The notes beneath the pieces are model-generated. The model worked only from the letters and a program-made list of their open reading frames with translations, searched no databases and was not told the DNA's origin. 64,000 bases of DNA from NCBI RefSeq assembly GCF_011045215.1, contig NZ_CP049201.1; one strand, given 5' to 3'. The stretch comes from Escherichia coli (GTDB lineage: Bacteria; Pseudomonadota; Gammaproteobacteria; Enterobacterales; Enterobacteriaceae). Positions 37,416 through 50,286 of the stretch are shown here, one piece after another. Made by a program: the position numbers and the translations under genes. How positions within the stretch are numbered: the first letter of the stretch is position 1; each line of letters starts with the position of its first letter.

Positions 37416-37858
37416 TATTTCCAGGTTGCCGTATTCAGGTTGAAACCAGCCACGCGGTAGGCTTTATAGCGTTCGCGCGCCAGTTGTTTCAGAGAATCTT
37501 CATAAGGGACGAAGTCTACCACTTCTGTGAAAGCGGTGGCAAAATCTGCAAAGCTTGTTCGCAGACTAATCAATATATCGCGCGGGCTGCTGCTGCGCTT
37601 TTGCGGCCAGGCGATCTCCACCGGCGCACCGCCGCGCGGTCCTTCTCCCGCTAAATTATGCGGAACAAAGCTTTCTGCCGGACGCGCCCACAGGGCTTCA
37701 TCCAGCCGGTAAGCCTGCTTTTCATCTTCACAGGCGATGAGCACGCGCTTACCGCTGCGCCAACGTTCTGCGGCAATTTCACACACCAGTTGCTCAACGG
37801 CGCTTAAGCCATCGACGGTGGTGTCATTGTCCAGAAGGTAGAACGTCGCGTTTTTCAT
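37415..37858 (-). CDS. holC: DNA polymerase III chi subunit
   Basis: 147 aa [34 protein letters not shown]...; overlaps valS start. Confidence 0.9.
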
Positions 37859-37895
37859 AAATGGGGCTTCTTGTGGTGGATTTAAATACGCATCA

Positions 37896-39729
<1,834 letters not shown>

Positions 39730-39992
39730 CTACGCTCCTGAATCTTAAAGACAACGGCGGTGGCTACAGATAGAATTGCAAGCTTTCGTAACTCATGTCC
39801 GCTGTTGCGATGACTTCGTGTTAATCTTAACGTTATTACGGCATTGGCACGTCAGAACAAAATCTGAGAGGTGAATCCGTTGAGTATAATTATCTTAGCG
39901 ACGATTTCGACGACTCAAGAGAATAAATGACGTTTAAGCCATGAAACAAGCTAAAATCCTGCAAAAGACGAGTTTTTACGGGCGTATTTAAA

Positions 39993-41093
39993 GTGATAAT
40001 CATAAGATATCTGGTGCGGGAGACGCTCAAAAGCCAGCTGGCGATACTCTTCATCTTGCTTTTGATCTTCTTCTGTCAAAAGTTAGTGAGGATCCTCGGC
40101 GCAGCGGTTGACGGCGATATTCCGGCGAATCTGGTGCTCTCCCTTCTCGGGTTGGGCGTGCCGGAAATGGCGCAGCTTATCCTGCCATTAAGCCTGTTCC
40201 TCGGGCTGCTGATGACGCTGGGCAAACTGTATACCGAAAGTGAAATTACGGTAATGCATGCCTGCGGCCTGAGCAAAGCGGTTCTGGTGAAAGCGGCAAT
40301 GATCCTTGCGGTATTCACGGCAATCGTCGCGGCGGTTAACGTGATGTGGGCGGGACCGTGGTCATCGCGTCATCAGGATGAAGTGTTAGCAGAAGCGAAA
40401 GCGAACCCTGGCATGGCGGCGCTGGCGCAAGGGCAATTCCAGCAAGCGACTAATGGCAGCTCGGTGCTGTTCATCGAAAGCGTTGACGGCAGCGATTTCA
40501 AAGATGTGTTCCTCGCGCAAATTCGACCAAAAGGTAATGCACGTCCTTCTGTGGTGGTGGCCGATTCCGGACATTTAACCCAGCTGCGCGACGGCTCCCA
40601 GGTCGTCACTCTCAACCAGGGAACGCGCTTCGAAGGCACTGCACTGTTACGTGATTTCCGCATTACGGACTTCCAGGATTATCAGGCGATCATTGGTCAC
40701 CAGGCGGTGGCGCTCGACCCGAACGATACCGACCAGATGGACATGCGTACATTGTGGAACACTGACACCGATCGTGCCCGCGCAGAACTGAACTGGCGTA
40801 TCACGTTGGTATTCACCGTGTTTATGATGGCACTTATGGTCGTACCGCTGAGCGTGGTTAACCCACGTCAGGGACGCGTACTGTCGATGCTGCCAGCCAT
40901 GCTGCTGTATCTACTTTTCTTCCTGATCCAGACCTCCCTGAAATCGAACGGCGGTAAAGGTAAGCTGGACCCGACGCTGTGGATGTGGACCGTTAACCTG
41001 ATTTATCTGGCTTTGGCGATTGTTCTCAACCTTTGGGACACCGTGCCGGTCCGCCGCCTGCGCGCCAGTTTTTCGCGTAAAGGAGCGGTGTGA
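39993..41093 (+). CDS. lptF: LPS export ABC transporter permease LptF
   Basis: 366 aa MIIIRYLVRETLKSQLAILFILLLIFF (GTG start). Confidence 0.9.
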   Translation: MIIIRYLVRETLKSQLAILFILLLIFFCQKLVRILGAAVDGDIPANLVLSLLGLGVPEMAQLILPLSLFLGLLMTLGKLYTESEITVMHACGLSKAVLVKAAMILAVFTAIVAAVNVMWAGPWSSRHQDEVLAEAKANPGMAALAQGQFQQATNGSSVLFIESVDGSDFKDVFLAQIRPKGNARPSVVVADSGHLTQLRDGSQVVTLNQGTRFEGTALLRDFRITDFQDYQAIIGHQAVALDPNDTDQMDMRTLWNTDTDRARAELNWRITLVFTVFMMALMVVPLSVVNPRQGRVLSMLPAMLLYLLFFLIQTSLKSNGGKGKLDPTLWMWTVNLIYLALAIVLNLWDTVPVRRLRASFSRKGAV

Positions 41094-42175
41094 TGCAACC
41101 TTTTGGCGTACTTGACCGCTATATCGGTAAAACTATTTTCACTACCATCATGATGACGCTGTTCATGCTGGTGTCGCTGTCGGGCATTATCAAGTTTGTC
41201 GATCAGCTGAAAAAAGCCGGGCAGGGGAGTTACGACGCGTTAGGCGCAGGAATGTATACCTTGCTGAGCGTGCCGAAAGATGTGCAAATCTTCTTCCCGA
41301 TGGCGGCTCTGCTTGGGGCGTTGCTTGGTCTTGGGATGCTGGCGCAGCGCAGCGAACTGGTGGTGATGCAGGCTTCTGGTTTTACCCGTATGCAGGTGGC
41401 GCTGTCGGTGATGAAAACCGCCATTCCGCTGGTCTTGCTGACGATGGCGATTGGCGAATGGGTCGCGCCGCAGGGCGAGCAGATGGCGCGTAACTACCGT
41501 GCGCAGGCGATGTACGGCGGCTCGTTGCTCTCTACCCAGCAAGGTTTATGGGCGAAAGATGGCAACAACTTCGTCTACATTGAGCGGGTTAAAGGTGACG
41601 AAGAGTTAGGTGGCATCAGTATTTATGCCTTTAACGAGAATCGTCGTCTGCAATCCGTACGCTATGCCGCTACCGCGAAGTTTGACCCGGAACATAAAGT
41701 CTGGCGTCTGTCGCAGGTTGATGAATCTGATCTGACCAATCCGAAACAGATCACCGGTTCGCAGACGGTGAGCGGCACCTGGAAAACCAACCTCACGCCG
41801 GACAAACTGGGCGTGGTGGCGCTGGACCCGGATGCACTCTCCATCAGTGGTTTGCACAACTATGTGAAGTATCTGAAGTCGAGCGGTCAGGATGCCGGAC
41901 GTTATCAGCTCAACATGTGGAGCAAAATCTTCCAGCCGCTATCTGTGGCGGTGATGATGCTGATGGCGCTGTCGTTCATCTTTGGCCCACTGCGTAGCGT
42001 ACCGATGGGCGTGCGTGTGGTCACCGGTATCAGTTTCGGTTTTGTCTTCTACGTACTGGACCAGATCTTCGGTCCGCTGACGTTGGTTTATGGTATCCCG
42101 CCGATCATCGGCGCACTGTTGCCAAGCGCCAGCTTCTTCTTAATCAGCCTGTGGCTGTTAATGAGAAAATCGTAA
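41093..42175 (+). CDS. lptG: LPS export ABC transporter permease LptG
   Basis: 360 aa from MQPFGVLDRYIGK; overlaps lptF stop. Confidence 0.9.
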   Translation: MQPFGVLDRYIGKTIFTTIMMTLFMLVSLSGIIKFVDQLKKAGQGSYDALGAGMYTLLSVPKDVQIFFPMAALLGALLGLGMLAQRSELVVMQASGFTRMQVALSVMKTAIPLVLLTMAIGEWVAPQGEQMARNYRAQAMYGGSLLSTQQGLWAKDGNNFVYIERVKGDEELGGISIYAFNENRRLQSVRYAATAKFDPEHKVWRLSQVDESDLTNPKQITGSQTVSGTWKTNLTPDKLGVVALDPDALSISGLHNYVKYLKSSGQDAGRYQLNMWSKIFQPLSVAVMMLMALSFIFGPLRSVPMGVRVVTGISFGFVFYVLDQIFGPLTLVYGIPPIIGALLPSASFFLISLWLLMRKS

Positions 42176-42190
42176 CCGAATGAACGAATA

Positions 42191-42220
42191 AAGGGAGCGA
42201 AAGCTCCCTTTATTATTGTT
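42191..42220 (+). terminator. Rho-independent terminator after lptG
   Basis: AAGGGAGC-GAAA-GCTCCCTT hairpin followed by TATTATTGTT. Confidence 0.65.
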
Positions 42221-42335
42221 AGCAAAGTGTGCTTCGTTCATTCCTGAAAAATAATTAAAATTCAATATATTGCTGTGGGGTGGGCATGATAAGACGCGCC
42301 AGCGTCGCATCAGGCAAAGACAAATCTCGCCTGAC

Positions 42336-43838
42336 TTACCTTCTTCTCCCCCCCAGCAAACTCCCCAACATCCCGCGTACAATCTGATTCGTCACCTGGC
42401 GAGCGGCGCTTTTGGCCATTGTTTGCACCACACCATCTTTCTTCCCGCCGCGTGGTCCGGTAGTGCCAAACAAAATATCCTTCAATCCACCAAGAATGCC
42501 GTCATCCACCGCTACCTCTTTCCCTTTCGCGGGGGGATTATTTTGCTGCTCGGTACTGGCCTGAAAGCCTTTTTGCAACATCTCATAGGCGGATTCCCGG
42601 TCCACCTCATCCTCATATTTGCCATACACCGGGGAGTGATTAATCAAGCCATTACGCTCATCTTCCGTCACCGGCCCCATCCGCGAACAAGGCGCAATCA
42701 CCATCGCCCGTTCCACCACAGAAGGACTTCCTTTTGCATCGAGAAACGAGATTAACGCCTCGCCGGTCCCCAGTTCCTGGATTGCCTTTTCGGTATCAAA
42801 TGCAGGGTTGGGGCGCATGGTTTGCGCCGCAGCTTTTACCGCTTTCTGATCTTTGGGCGTAAAAGCACGCAAAGCGTGTTGAACGCGATTACCGAGCTGC
42901 CCGAGCACATTATCCGGAATATCAGACGGGTTTTGCGAAACGAACCAGACGCCCACGCCTTTTGAGCGAATAAGCCTTATCACCTGCTCAATCTTATCCA
43001 GCAGTACCTGCGGTGCATCGTTAAACAGCAGATGTGCTTCGTCGAAGAAAAACACCAGTTTTGGCTTCTCGAGATCGCCCGCTTCCGGCAATTGTTCATA
43101 CAACTCTGAAATCATCCACAGCAGGCTGGCGGCGTACAGTTTCGGCATCTGATAAAGTTTCTCGGCGCTGAGGATATTGATAACGCCTTTACCGTTGGCA
43201 TCGGTGCGCATCCAGTCTTTGATATCCAGCATCGGCTCACCAAAAAAGTGTGTTGCGCCTTGCTGTTCCAGCGATAACAGCCCGCGCTGGATGGCACCAA
43301 CCGATGCGCTACTGATATTACCGTACTGATTCTGGAAAGATTTGGCGTTATCGCCGATGTACTGGGTAATCGCCCGCAAATCTTTAAAGTCGAACAGTAA
43401 CAGCCCCTGATCGTCAGCAATGCGGAAGATGATATTCAGCACGCCAGATTGCACATCGTTGAGATTCAACAGCCGCGCCAGCAACAGCGGCCCCAGATCC
43501 GAAACCGTCGCCCGCACCGGATGGCCTTTCTCGCCAAAGATATCCCACACCACCACCGGATTGGCATGCGGTTGCCAGTCATTGACGCCGATATTTTTAA
43601 GCCTTGTGAGCAGTTTTTCCGATGCCGTTCCTGCCTGCGCGATACCGGTCAGATCGCCTTTCACATCAGCCATAAACACCGGCACGCCGATTTCCGACAA
43701 TGACTCTGCCAGTTTTTGCAGCGTAACGGTTTTACCCGTCCCCGTTGCGCCAGTAATCAGCCCGTGACGGTTAGCCATTCCCGGCAGTAAAAACAGTTCT
43801 GTGTCCGGCGTGCGGGCAATTAACAGGGGTTCGCTCAT
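42336..43838 (-). CDS. yjgR: P-loop ATPase YjgR (DUF853)
   Basis: 500 aa from [12 protein letters not shown]..., Walker A GATGTGKT. Confidence 0.85.
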   Translation of the reverse strand: MSEPLLIARTPDTELFLLPGMANRHGLITGATGTGKTVTLQKLAESLSEIGVPVFMADVKGDLTGIAQAGTASEKLLTRLKNIGVNDWQPHANPVVVWDIFGEKGHPVRATVSDLGPLLLARLLNLNDVQSGVLNIIFRIADDQGLLLFDFKDLRAITQYIGDNAKSFQNQYGNISSASVGAIQRGLLSLEQQGATHFFGEPMLDIKDWMRTDANGKGVINILSAEKLYQMPKLYAASLLWMISELYEQLPEAGDLEKPKLVFFFDEAHLLFNDAPQVLLDKIEQVIRLIRSKGVGVWFVSQNPSDIPDNVLGQLGNRVQHALRAFTPKDQKAVKAAAQTMRPNPAFDTEKAIQELGTGEALISFLDAKGSPSVVERAMVIAPCSRMGPVTEDERNGLINHSPVYGKYEDEVDRESAYEMLQKGFQASTEQQNNPPAKGKEVAVDDGILGGLKDILFGTTGPRGGKKDGVVQTMAKSAARQVTNQIVRGMLGSLLGGRRR

Positions 43839-43967
43839 GAGATTTCCTCCAGTTTCCTGCCTGGAGTATAGGCAACGGCTGCGCACTCTTCACCGCCAAA
43901 TTCAGCAGATTGCGAGACGCCTTCCAAAGAGATTTAAGTGCCGGGCGACAGGCACCCGGCAAAGAGA

Positions 43968-44987
43968 TCAGAAGTCAGCTTTCAGAACCACGCGGTAACG
44001 CGCCTTACCGTCGCGCACATGCTGGATGGCGTCGTTAATTTTCGACATCGGGAACAGTTCGGTAGTCGGCGCAACCTTGCTGCGGGCGGCAAAGCGCATC
44101 AGCTTACGCAACTCATAAGGTGTACCGGTAGCAGAGCCAGAGACACTGCGATCGCCCGCAATCAGCGTAAAGGCCGGAACCGGCAACGGCGTGAGAACCG
44201 CACCGACTGTATGGAAATTACCGCCATAGGTCAGCGCCTCAAAATAAGGCTGCCAGTCGAGGCTGACGTTCACAGTATTGATAATGAGATCAAACTGCCC
44301 CGACAGGGCTTTCAGTGCCTGCGGATCGCGGCTATTCACCACTTTATCGGCACCCATCGCCAGTACTTCCTGCTCTTTCGCCGGATTAGAACTAAAGGCC
44401 GTCACCTCGCATCCCATTGCGTGCAGAAGTTTTATAGCGATATGCCCCAGCCCGCCAATACCAATTACCCCAACGCGGCTGGTAGCAGTGATATGGTGCA
44501 TCAACAGTGGTTTAAAGACCGTGATACCGCCGCACAACAGCGGCCCGGCGGACTCGATATCAATATTTTCTGGCAGTGGAATCACCCATTGCCAGTCCGC
44601 ACGCAACTTCTCGGCAAAGCCACCGCGATTCATAATCGTCGGCACCGCACCTTGCTCGCAGTTGATCTGATTACCGCTAATACAGGCGTCGCAATGCCCG
44701 CAGCTACGCGCCGTCCAGCCAATCCCGACACGCTGACCGACCTGCAAACCTTTATCCTGCGCGGCGCTCCCGAGCGCCACCACGCGACCAATCACCTCAT
44801 GCCCGGCAACCAGCGGATATTGCGAAAATCCCCATTCGTTATCGATCATCGACAGATCGGAATGGCAGATCCCGCAGTAATCCACCTGCACTTCAACATC
44901 TTGTGGCCTCAGCTCACCGGGATCGTACTCATAAACTTCCAGTTCGCCGCCCGCTTCTTTTGCGGCATAGCTTTTTATCATCGACAT
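43968..44987 (-). CDS. ahr: NADPH-dependent aldehyde reductase Ahr (YjgB), Zn-dependent MDR family
   Basis: 339 aa from [32 protein letters not shown] and CGxCxxC zinc motifs. Confidence 0.9.
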   Translation of the reverse strand: MSMIKSYAAKEAGGELEVYEYDPGELRPQDVEVQVDYCGICHSDLSMIDNEWGFSQYPLVAGHEVIGRVVALGSAAQDKGLQVGQRVGIGWTARSCGHCDACISGNQINCEQGAVPTIMNRGGFAEKLRADWQWVIPLPENIDIESAGPLLCGGITVFKPLLMHHITATSRVGVIGIGGLGHIAIKLLHAMGCEVTAFSSNPAKEQEVLAMGADKVVNSRDPQALKALSGQFDLIINTVNVSLDWQPYFEALTYGGNFHTVGAVLTPLPVPAFTLIAGDRSVSGSATGTPYELRKLMRFAARSKVAPTTELFPMSKINDAIQHVRDGKARYRVVLKADF

Positions 44988-45182
44988 TTTTTGGTCCTTC
45001 TCTGGTGTTGTTTGGGAAGTGTAGAGCATGGCAGGGCGGGGTGCCTGGAGTGTGACAAAGGTTACACATCGCTGTATGCAATGCTGAAAATTTCAGCACT
45101 TAGCGAGGTGCGAGCAAGCTGGCGCTTGCATGGTGGCGTGCGACAGGTATAATCCACAACGTTTTCCGCATACCTCTTCAGT

Positions 45183-45267
45183 GCCGAAGTGGCGAAATCG
45201 GTAGACGCAGTTGATTCAAAATCAACCGTAGAAATACGTGCCGGTTCGAGTCCGGCCTTCGGCACCA
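45183..45267 (+). tRNA. leuX: tRNA-Leu (anticodon CAA)
   Basis: 85-nt sequence GCCGAAGTGGCGAAATCGGTAGACGCAGTTGATTCAAAATCAACC...GGTTCGAGTCCGGCCTTCGGCACCA; anticodon loop TTCAAAA; long variable arm; CCA end. Confidence 0.93.
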
Positions 45268-45456
45268 TAAAAAGCTTTTTTCAAGTCTACCAACGTCTAC
45301 TTTAGTCCATAAAAACAGTAAGTTAAGCAGAGTTTTGGCCTTTCTTAGTCTGTTCACGTCTACTTACTTCTATCCACATATACCAACGAATGATGGTATA
45401 ACTGGTGGTATCTTCGGTTCGATTGATTTTGATACCAACAGCGGAGGTATCAACTG

Positions 45457-46707
45457 ATGGCACTTACTGATATCAAAGTTAGGACTACCAAGCCCTCCGA
45501 CAAACCTTTCAAACTCACAGATGGGCAGGGTATGCACCTGCTGATCAACCCCAATGGTTCAAAATACTGGCGACTCCAATACCGTTTCGATGGCAAACAG
45601 AAAGTTTTAGCATTGGGTGTTTATCCAATGGTCTCTCTTGGTGAAGCTCGCAGGAAACGAGATGAGGCTAAAAAGTTGGTATCTGATGGTATCGACCCTT
45701 CCGAGAAGAAAAAGGCAGACAAGATCGAGCAGAGCGAAGCTCTTACTTTTGAATCTGTTGCCAGGGACTGGCATAAGGCTTGTAAAAGGAAATGGTCAGA
45801 TTCCCATAGCGAGAGAGTTCTAAAAAGCATGGAAGATGGTCTCTTTACTGCTCTTGGTAAAAGAAAAATATCCGAGCTTAATACCAGAGATCTTCTTGCC
45901 CCTATCAAGGCTGTTGAAGCTTCTGGGCGACTGGAAGTTGCTTCCCGCCTACAGCAAAGAACAACGGCAGTGATGCGATATGCTGTCCAGAACGGGCTGA
46001 TAGATTACAACCCTGCCCAGGAGATGGCAGGAGCTATTGCAGTAGCTAAAAGAGTCCACAGGCCAGCTTTGCCATTCGAACGATTCTCAGAACTTTTAGA
46101 ACGAATTGATAGTTTCAAGGGTAGAAAACTCACGAAGTTAGCCGTAAAGCTGACATTGCTCATTTTCATTCGTTCCAGTGAACTTAGGTTTGCTCGTTGG
46201 TCAGAGATAGATTTCGACAATGCCATGTGGACTATCCCTGGGGAACGTGAGCCATTGCCAGGGGTCAAACATTCTCATCGAGGCTCAAAAATGAAGACAC
46301 CACACCTCGTGCCGTTAAGTCGCCAGGCTATAGAACTCCTCAAAGCTATCAAAGAAATCAGCGGTGAATGTGAACTTGTATTCATTGGTGATCATGATTT
46401 TAGAAAGCCTATGAGTGAAAACACGGTAAACAAGGCTTTAAGGTCTATGGGCTACGACACTACGGTTGAAGTATGTGGACATGGTTTTCGTGCGATGGCA
46501 TGTAGTGCGTTGATCGAATCGGGAAAATGGTCAAGGGATGCTGTTGAACGGCAGATGAGCCACCAAGAGCGAAACTCCGTTCGTGCTGCCTACATTCATA
46601 AAGCAGAACACCTTGATGAAAGAAGGCTTATGTTGCAGTGGTGGGCTGATTACCTTAATGCCTTGAAAGATAGGTTTATCAGTCCCTTTGATTTTACAAC
46701 AAAGTAG
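45457..46707 (+). CDS. intB: P4-family tyrosine integrase (IntB-like) with N-terminal DUF4102-type domain
   Basis: 416 aa, MALTDIKVRTTKPSDKPFKLTDGQGMHLLINPNGSKYWRLQYRFDGKQK N-terminus typical of tRNA-associated island integrases; C-terminal HGFRAMA...R...Y catalytic region; lies 190 bp from the leuX 3' end. Confidence 0.9.
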   Translation: MALTDIKVRTTKPSDKPFKLTDGQGMHLLINPNGSKYWRLQYRFDGKQKVLALGVYPMVSLGEARRKRDEAKKLVSDGIDPSEKKKADKIEQSEALTFESVARDWHKACKRKWSDSHSERVLKSMEDGLFTALGKRKISELNTRDLLAPIKAVEASGRLEVASRLQQRTTAVMRYAVQNGLIDYNPAQEMAGAIAVAKRVHRPALPFERFSELLERIDSFKGRKLTKLAVKLTLLIFIRSSELRFARWSEIDFDNAMWTIPGEREPLPGVKHSHRGSKMKTPHLVPLSRQAIELLKAIKEISGECELVFIGDHDFRKPMSENTVNKALRSMGYDTTVEVCGHGFRAMACSALIESGKWSRDAVERQMSHQERNSVRAAYIHKAEHLDERRLMLQWWADYLNALKDRFISPFDFTTK

Positions 46708-46794
46708 CTTGATCAACGATTAACTATCCACTGGCATAGCCGTGTGATATGATTACAATGGCTATATTTTTAATTTAAATTTAATAGGTAAAAA

Positions 46795-47934
46795 ATGTCC
46801 ACAATTAACCCCGCAATTTTTTCTTTTTTCTCTGGTTCAGGATTTCTTGATCTTGGATTTGAAAAAAATGGTTATGAAGTGGTTTTCGTGAATGAATACC
46901 ATGCTCCGTTTATGGATGCATATAAACATTCGAGGAAAAAATTAAATATAGCACCACCTCGTTTTGGGTATGCAGAGTGCAGTATTGAAGATGTAGAACA
47001 TGAAAAAATTAAGTCTTCTATGCTTCAACTTAAAAATGAGGGGCGATTGACTGGATTTATTGGTGGTCCACCATGCCCGGATTTCTCTGTAGCGGGTAAA
47101 AATAAAGGTCGAGATGGTGAAAACGGTCGGCTTTCACAAAGCTATATTGATATCATTCTTGAAATGAAACCAGATTTCTTTCTTTTTGAGAATGTTAAAG
47201 GTCTATACCGTACCAGTAAACATAGGGAATTTTTTGACCATTTAAAAACTCAATTAGAATCGGTTGGTTATTGTTTGCATGAAAAACTAATAAATTCTAT
47301 TGAATATGGTGCTCCTCAAGATAGGCAACGAATCATATTGATTGGTTTCCTTGATGAAAAATATGCAAGCCAATTCAATTGGGGGCAAAGAGTCTACCCT
47401 GAAAGAACTGCATTTGAATATAAATGGCCGACGACAAACCAATTTTCAGAAAACACTTCTGTTATAAAACCAAAGGGTATCCCAGAAGAGTTAACAGTAG
47501 AGCATTGGTTCAAGAAAAACCAGGTTGATAATCATCCAAATGCAAAGCATGTATTCGCGGCAAGAGCAGGGCTTGCGAGGTTTTTGACTGTCGAAGAAGG
47601 GGATGATAGTAAAAAATCCTATAAAAGGTTACATAGATGGAGATTTTCACCAACTGCTGCTTACGGTAATAATGAGGTACATTTACATCCTTATAAACCA
47701 AGAAGAATTACTGTTGCCGAAGCATTAGCAATTCAGTCTTTACCAAAAGAATTTGAATTACCTGCTTATATGACTCTGTCTAATATGTTTAAAACTGTCG
47801 GTAACGGTGTACCCTACTTAGCAGCGGCCGGTATTGCCAAATCTATTATAGAGCATTTAGGAATCGAATATGAGAGTAACTGCGGCGAACTTAGCACAGG
47901 CGATTGCCAATCTACCAAGAAACACGCAGTTTAA
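46795..47934 (+). CDS. DNA (cytosine-5)-methyltransferase
   Basis: 379 aa with C5-MTase motifs: I FSGSGFLDLGFE (FxGxG), IV GGPPCPDFS (Pro-Cys), VI FLFENV, VIII QDRQR, X GNGVP near C-terminus; AT-rich. Confidence 0.85.
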   Translation: MSTINPAIFSFFSGSGFLDLGFEKNGYEVVFVNEYHAPFMDAYKHSRKKLNIAPPRFGYAECSIEDVEHEKIKSSMLQLKNEGRLTGFIGGPPCPDFSVAGKNKGRDGENGRLSQSYIDIILEMKPDFFLFENVKGLYRTSKHREFFDHLKTQLESVGYCLHEKLINSIEYGAPQDRQRIILIGFLDEKYASQFNWGQRVYPERTAFEYKWPTTNQFSENTSVIKPKGIPEELTVEHWFKKNQVDNHPNAKHVFAARAGLARFLTVEEGDDSKKSYKRLHRWRFSPTAAYGNNEVHLHPYKPRRITVAEALAIQSLPKEFELPAYMTLSNMFKTVGNGVPYLAAAGIAKSIIEHLGIEYESNCGELSTGDCQSTKKHAV

Positions 47935-48946
47935 TTATGTAAATGTGCGAAATTCGGGAAGAATCATTGTAACGAATGTTCAACTTCCCGAAGGCCCAAT
48001 AGAATTCAAAAGATTCGATCCAAAAAAGGGTGAGACACTGCATAGTTCTAAATCGGAAAGCATCTCCACACAAATGTTGTGGAGATTGGCTAATGCTTTA
48101 CAGGAAGATGTCCCTGTCAATTTGGATCGTATTTTTGGTGCAAGCTATAATACACGTGCTGTTCTCGAAAGCCTTTTGGCCCATACTCCTGAGTTTTATT
48201 GGTGTAAGCTTGATCGCCTTGAGGTAATGAACACTCAGAAAAATATTAAAAAAGGTCACAAGCACCTTATTTATAGACCAAATGACCCACATGAAAATGG
48301 TGTAGCAATAGAACATACTACTAATGTTATAATTTCTGAAATGAATTTAGATGTTGTCCATCAATCAGTTGATATAGAGACAATCTTACCTACTAAAGGA
48401 ATGACGATTGAGGAAAAAAGACGTCATGCACAAATTCAAATCTCATTAGTAAAAATAGGTCATTACTTAGGTTATCGGACATGGGTTGCAGCAAATGATC
48501 GTGGCCTCCAATATAATGGAAAATCTATAGCCCAAATGGATGGGGTCATAGATAATTTAAGAAATGAACAAGTGCTTCAATCATATGATAAAGCTATCAA
48601 AGAAGCTCGGCTTATAGATTGTATTTGGTTTCGAAATGGAAAATTAATGCCTGCAGTTATGGAGATTGAGCATAGCACTGGTATTAAAAGTGGTTTGGTA
48701 AGGATGAAACAATTTTATGATTATGCACCACAGTTAAAAAATATACGTTGGACCGTTGTGGCACCTGACGAATATAGAAATAAAGTTATAGAGTTTTCTA
48801 ATATGCCACAATTTAAAGAATTAGATACTCGATTCTTCCCCTATTCTGCTGTAGAGGAACTCTATTCATTATGTGCAAGAAGGAATCCTCAAGGAATTAC
48901 AGACGATTTCCTTGATGCATTCATGGAAAAGTGTGTGACACATTAA
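47870..48946 (+). CDS. Putative nuclease-like partner of the methyltransferase (candidate restriction endonuclease); function inferred
   Basis: 358-aa ORF; ATG with AGGA SD overlaps MTase 3' end by 65 nt (translational coupling); C-terminal D...E-x-E-x(6)-K-like stretch (LIDCIWF...VMEIEHSTGIK) compatible with a PD-(D/E)xK core. Confidence 0.45.
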   Translation: MRVTAANLAQAIANLPRNTQFNYVNVRNSGRIIVTNVQLPEGPIEFKRFDPKKGETLHSSKSESISTQMLWRLANALQEDVPVNLDRIFGASYNTRAVLESLLAHTPEFYWCKLDRLEVMNTQKNIKKGHKHLIYRPNDPHENGVAIEHTTNVIISEMNLDVVHQSVDIETILPTKGMTIEEKRRHAQIQISLVKIGHYLGYRTWVAANDRGLQYNGKSIAQMDGVIDNLRNEQVLQSYDKAIKEARLIDCIWFRNGKLMPAVMEIEHSTGIKSGLVRMKQFYDYAPQLKNIRWTVVAPDEYRNKVIEFSNMPQFKELDTRFFPYSAVEELYSLCARRNPQGITDDFLDAFMEKCVTH

Positions 48947-49083
48947 TCCTTCATAATCAGTTACCGGAGCAAATTACTTTTCTCCGGTTGGTTAACTGAA
49001 TATTAGTATTAAAATCTGATGGTGTTTATTTTATAAATATCAAATGTAATGGTATTTTCAATAATTATATCTAAGAGCGGTTT

Positions 49084-49893
49084 ATGAGAGTAATTAGCCC
49101 CTTTGAGGAATTGAAGAACTGGTTTAATCTTGATAACTATGAACCGATAAAATCGTTTACAATCAAGGAACTACATAGAGAGATTGTCTTTAGAGAAGCG
49201 ATTTTCGACAGTGTAAATTTTGGATGGGAAGATGATAATCAAAATTTAAGGTCTATCCTTGAAGGTAATCCTATTTTAAGCAGACAAGATAATAATCATG
49301 GTCATTTTGGCAAGGGCCAAAGACATGTTGCGCAGGTTAGCTTTGGTGATATAAAAAAATTAGAGAATAAGTTGATAATGTTTAGCATGGATTTTTTTGA
49401 AGAAAATGGTGATTTCAAAAAAGAGTTGAAAAAGAAACCAATAACAAAAACTATGAGAGACTTTTTTCTCAACAAAAATAGCAGCAAGATGTATGTATCA
49501 TTTGATTTGGGGTTATCTAGTGATGAGGAAATTATATCAGCCCTGCAAACTATGCTTCCAACTCTAAGGAAAGAATACGAGATTGACCCAGTAAAAACAG
49601 AAAAGATAGGGCTCGCAAAAATAAGAAAACTTGTCGATTACAACATTATTCCTATGATGGACTTACTAATTTGGTCAAAATTCAAAAAAGCAAAAATCTC
49701 AAATATGGTCTTGTCTCGTGTGTTGTATCCTGATTTCACTCACGAGATTAGAGGCGAAGATCACATTAAAGATACAGACAGGCCCATTGCTGAGAAGGCT
49801 TTAAATGGAGAGATAACTCGTAGTTTGGAGTACTTTCTTAGTAAAAACAGTCATCTCATCAACATACCGATTTCAGAACTCGGATCTCTCTAG
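49084..49893 (+). CDS. Hypothetical protein (269 aa), no recognisable motif
   Basis: Long AT-rich ORF, same strand as R-M-like pair. Confidence 0.55.
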   Translation: MRVISPFEELKNWFNLDNYEPIKSFTIKELHREIVFREAIFDSVNFGWEDDNQNLRSILEGNPILSRQDNNHGHFGKGQRHVAQVSFGDIKKLENKLIMFSMDFFEENGDFKKELKKKPITKTMRDFFLNKNSSKMYVSFDLGLSSDEEIISALQTMLPTLRKEYEIDPVKTEKIGLAKIRKLVDYNIIPMMDLLIWSKFKKAKISNMVLSRVLYPDFTHEIRGEDHIKDTDRPIAEKALNGEITRSLEYFLSKNSHLINIPISELGSL

Positions 49894-50058
49894 CTATAAA
49901 TCATCATGCAATTGTCAAGGGGATGGTGAAAATATTTTTCTTCCCCTAAATTTCTCTCCATTCTTTCCTCATCTAAATTTTCAGTTATCAGCACTCCCTT
50001 CATAGATACAAATCTGTGTGGCTAATATCTCCTTAACGGAAGCGGAGGAGACAGCCAA

Positions 50059-50265
50059 ATGAATACAACCAATCAAAGCTTAATTCGTTTACCAGAAGTC
50101 TTGAAACGAACTGGTTTCGGCAAGGCCTGGATCTATCGTCTGATCAGTGAAGGTCGGTTTCCGGCACCCGTTAAGATCGGAATTCGTGCCGTTGCTTTTG
50201 TCGAGAGTGAAGTTGACGAGTGGATTCTATCAGTTATCGAAACAAACAGAATTAAAGTTGCTTAA
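50059..50265 (+). CDS. alpA: AlpA-family transcriptional regulator / excisionase-like DNA-binding protein
   Basis: 68 aa; LIRLPEVLKRTGFGKAWIYRLISEGRFPAPVKIG...VAFVESEVDEWI matches the AlpA/MerR-like HTH of prophage CP4-57-type regulators. Confidence 0.85.
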   Translation: MNTTNQSLIRLPEVLKRTGFGKAWIYRLISEGRFPAPVKIGIRAVAFVESEVDEWILSVIETNRIKVA

Positions 50266-50286
50266 TTAAACCTAGGAGAGATTTTT

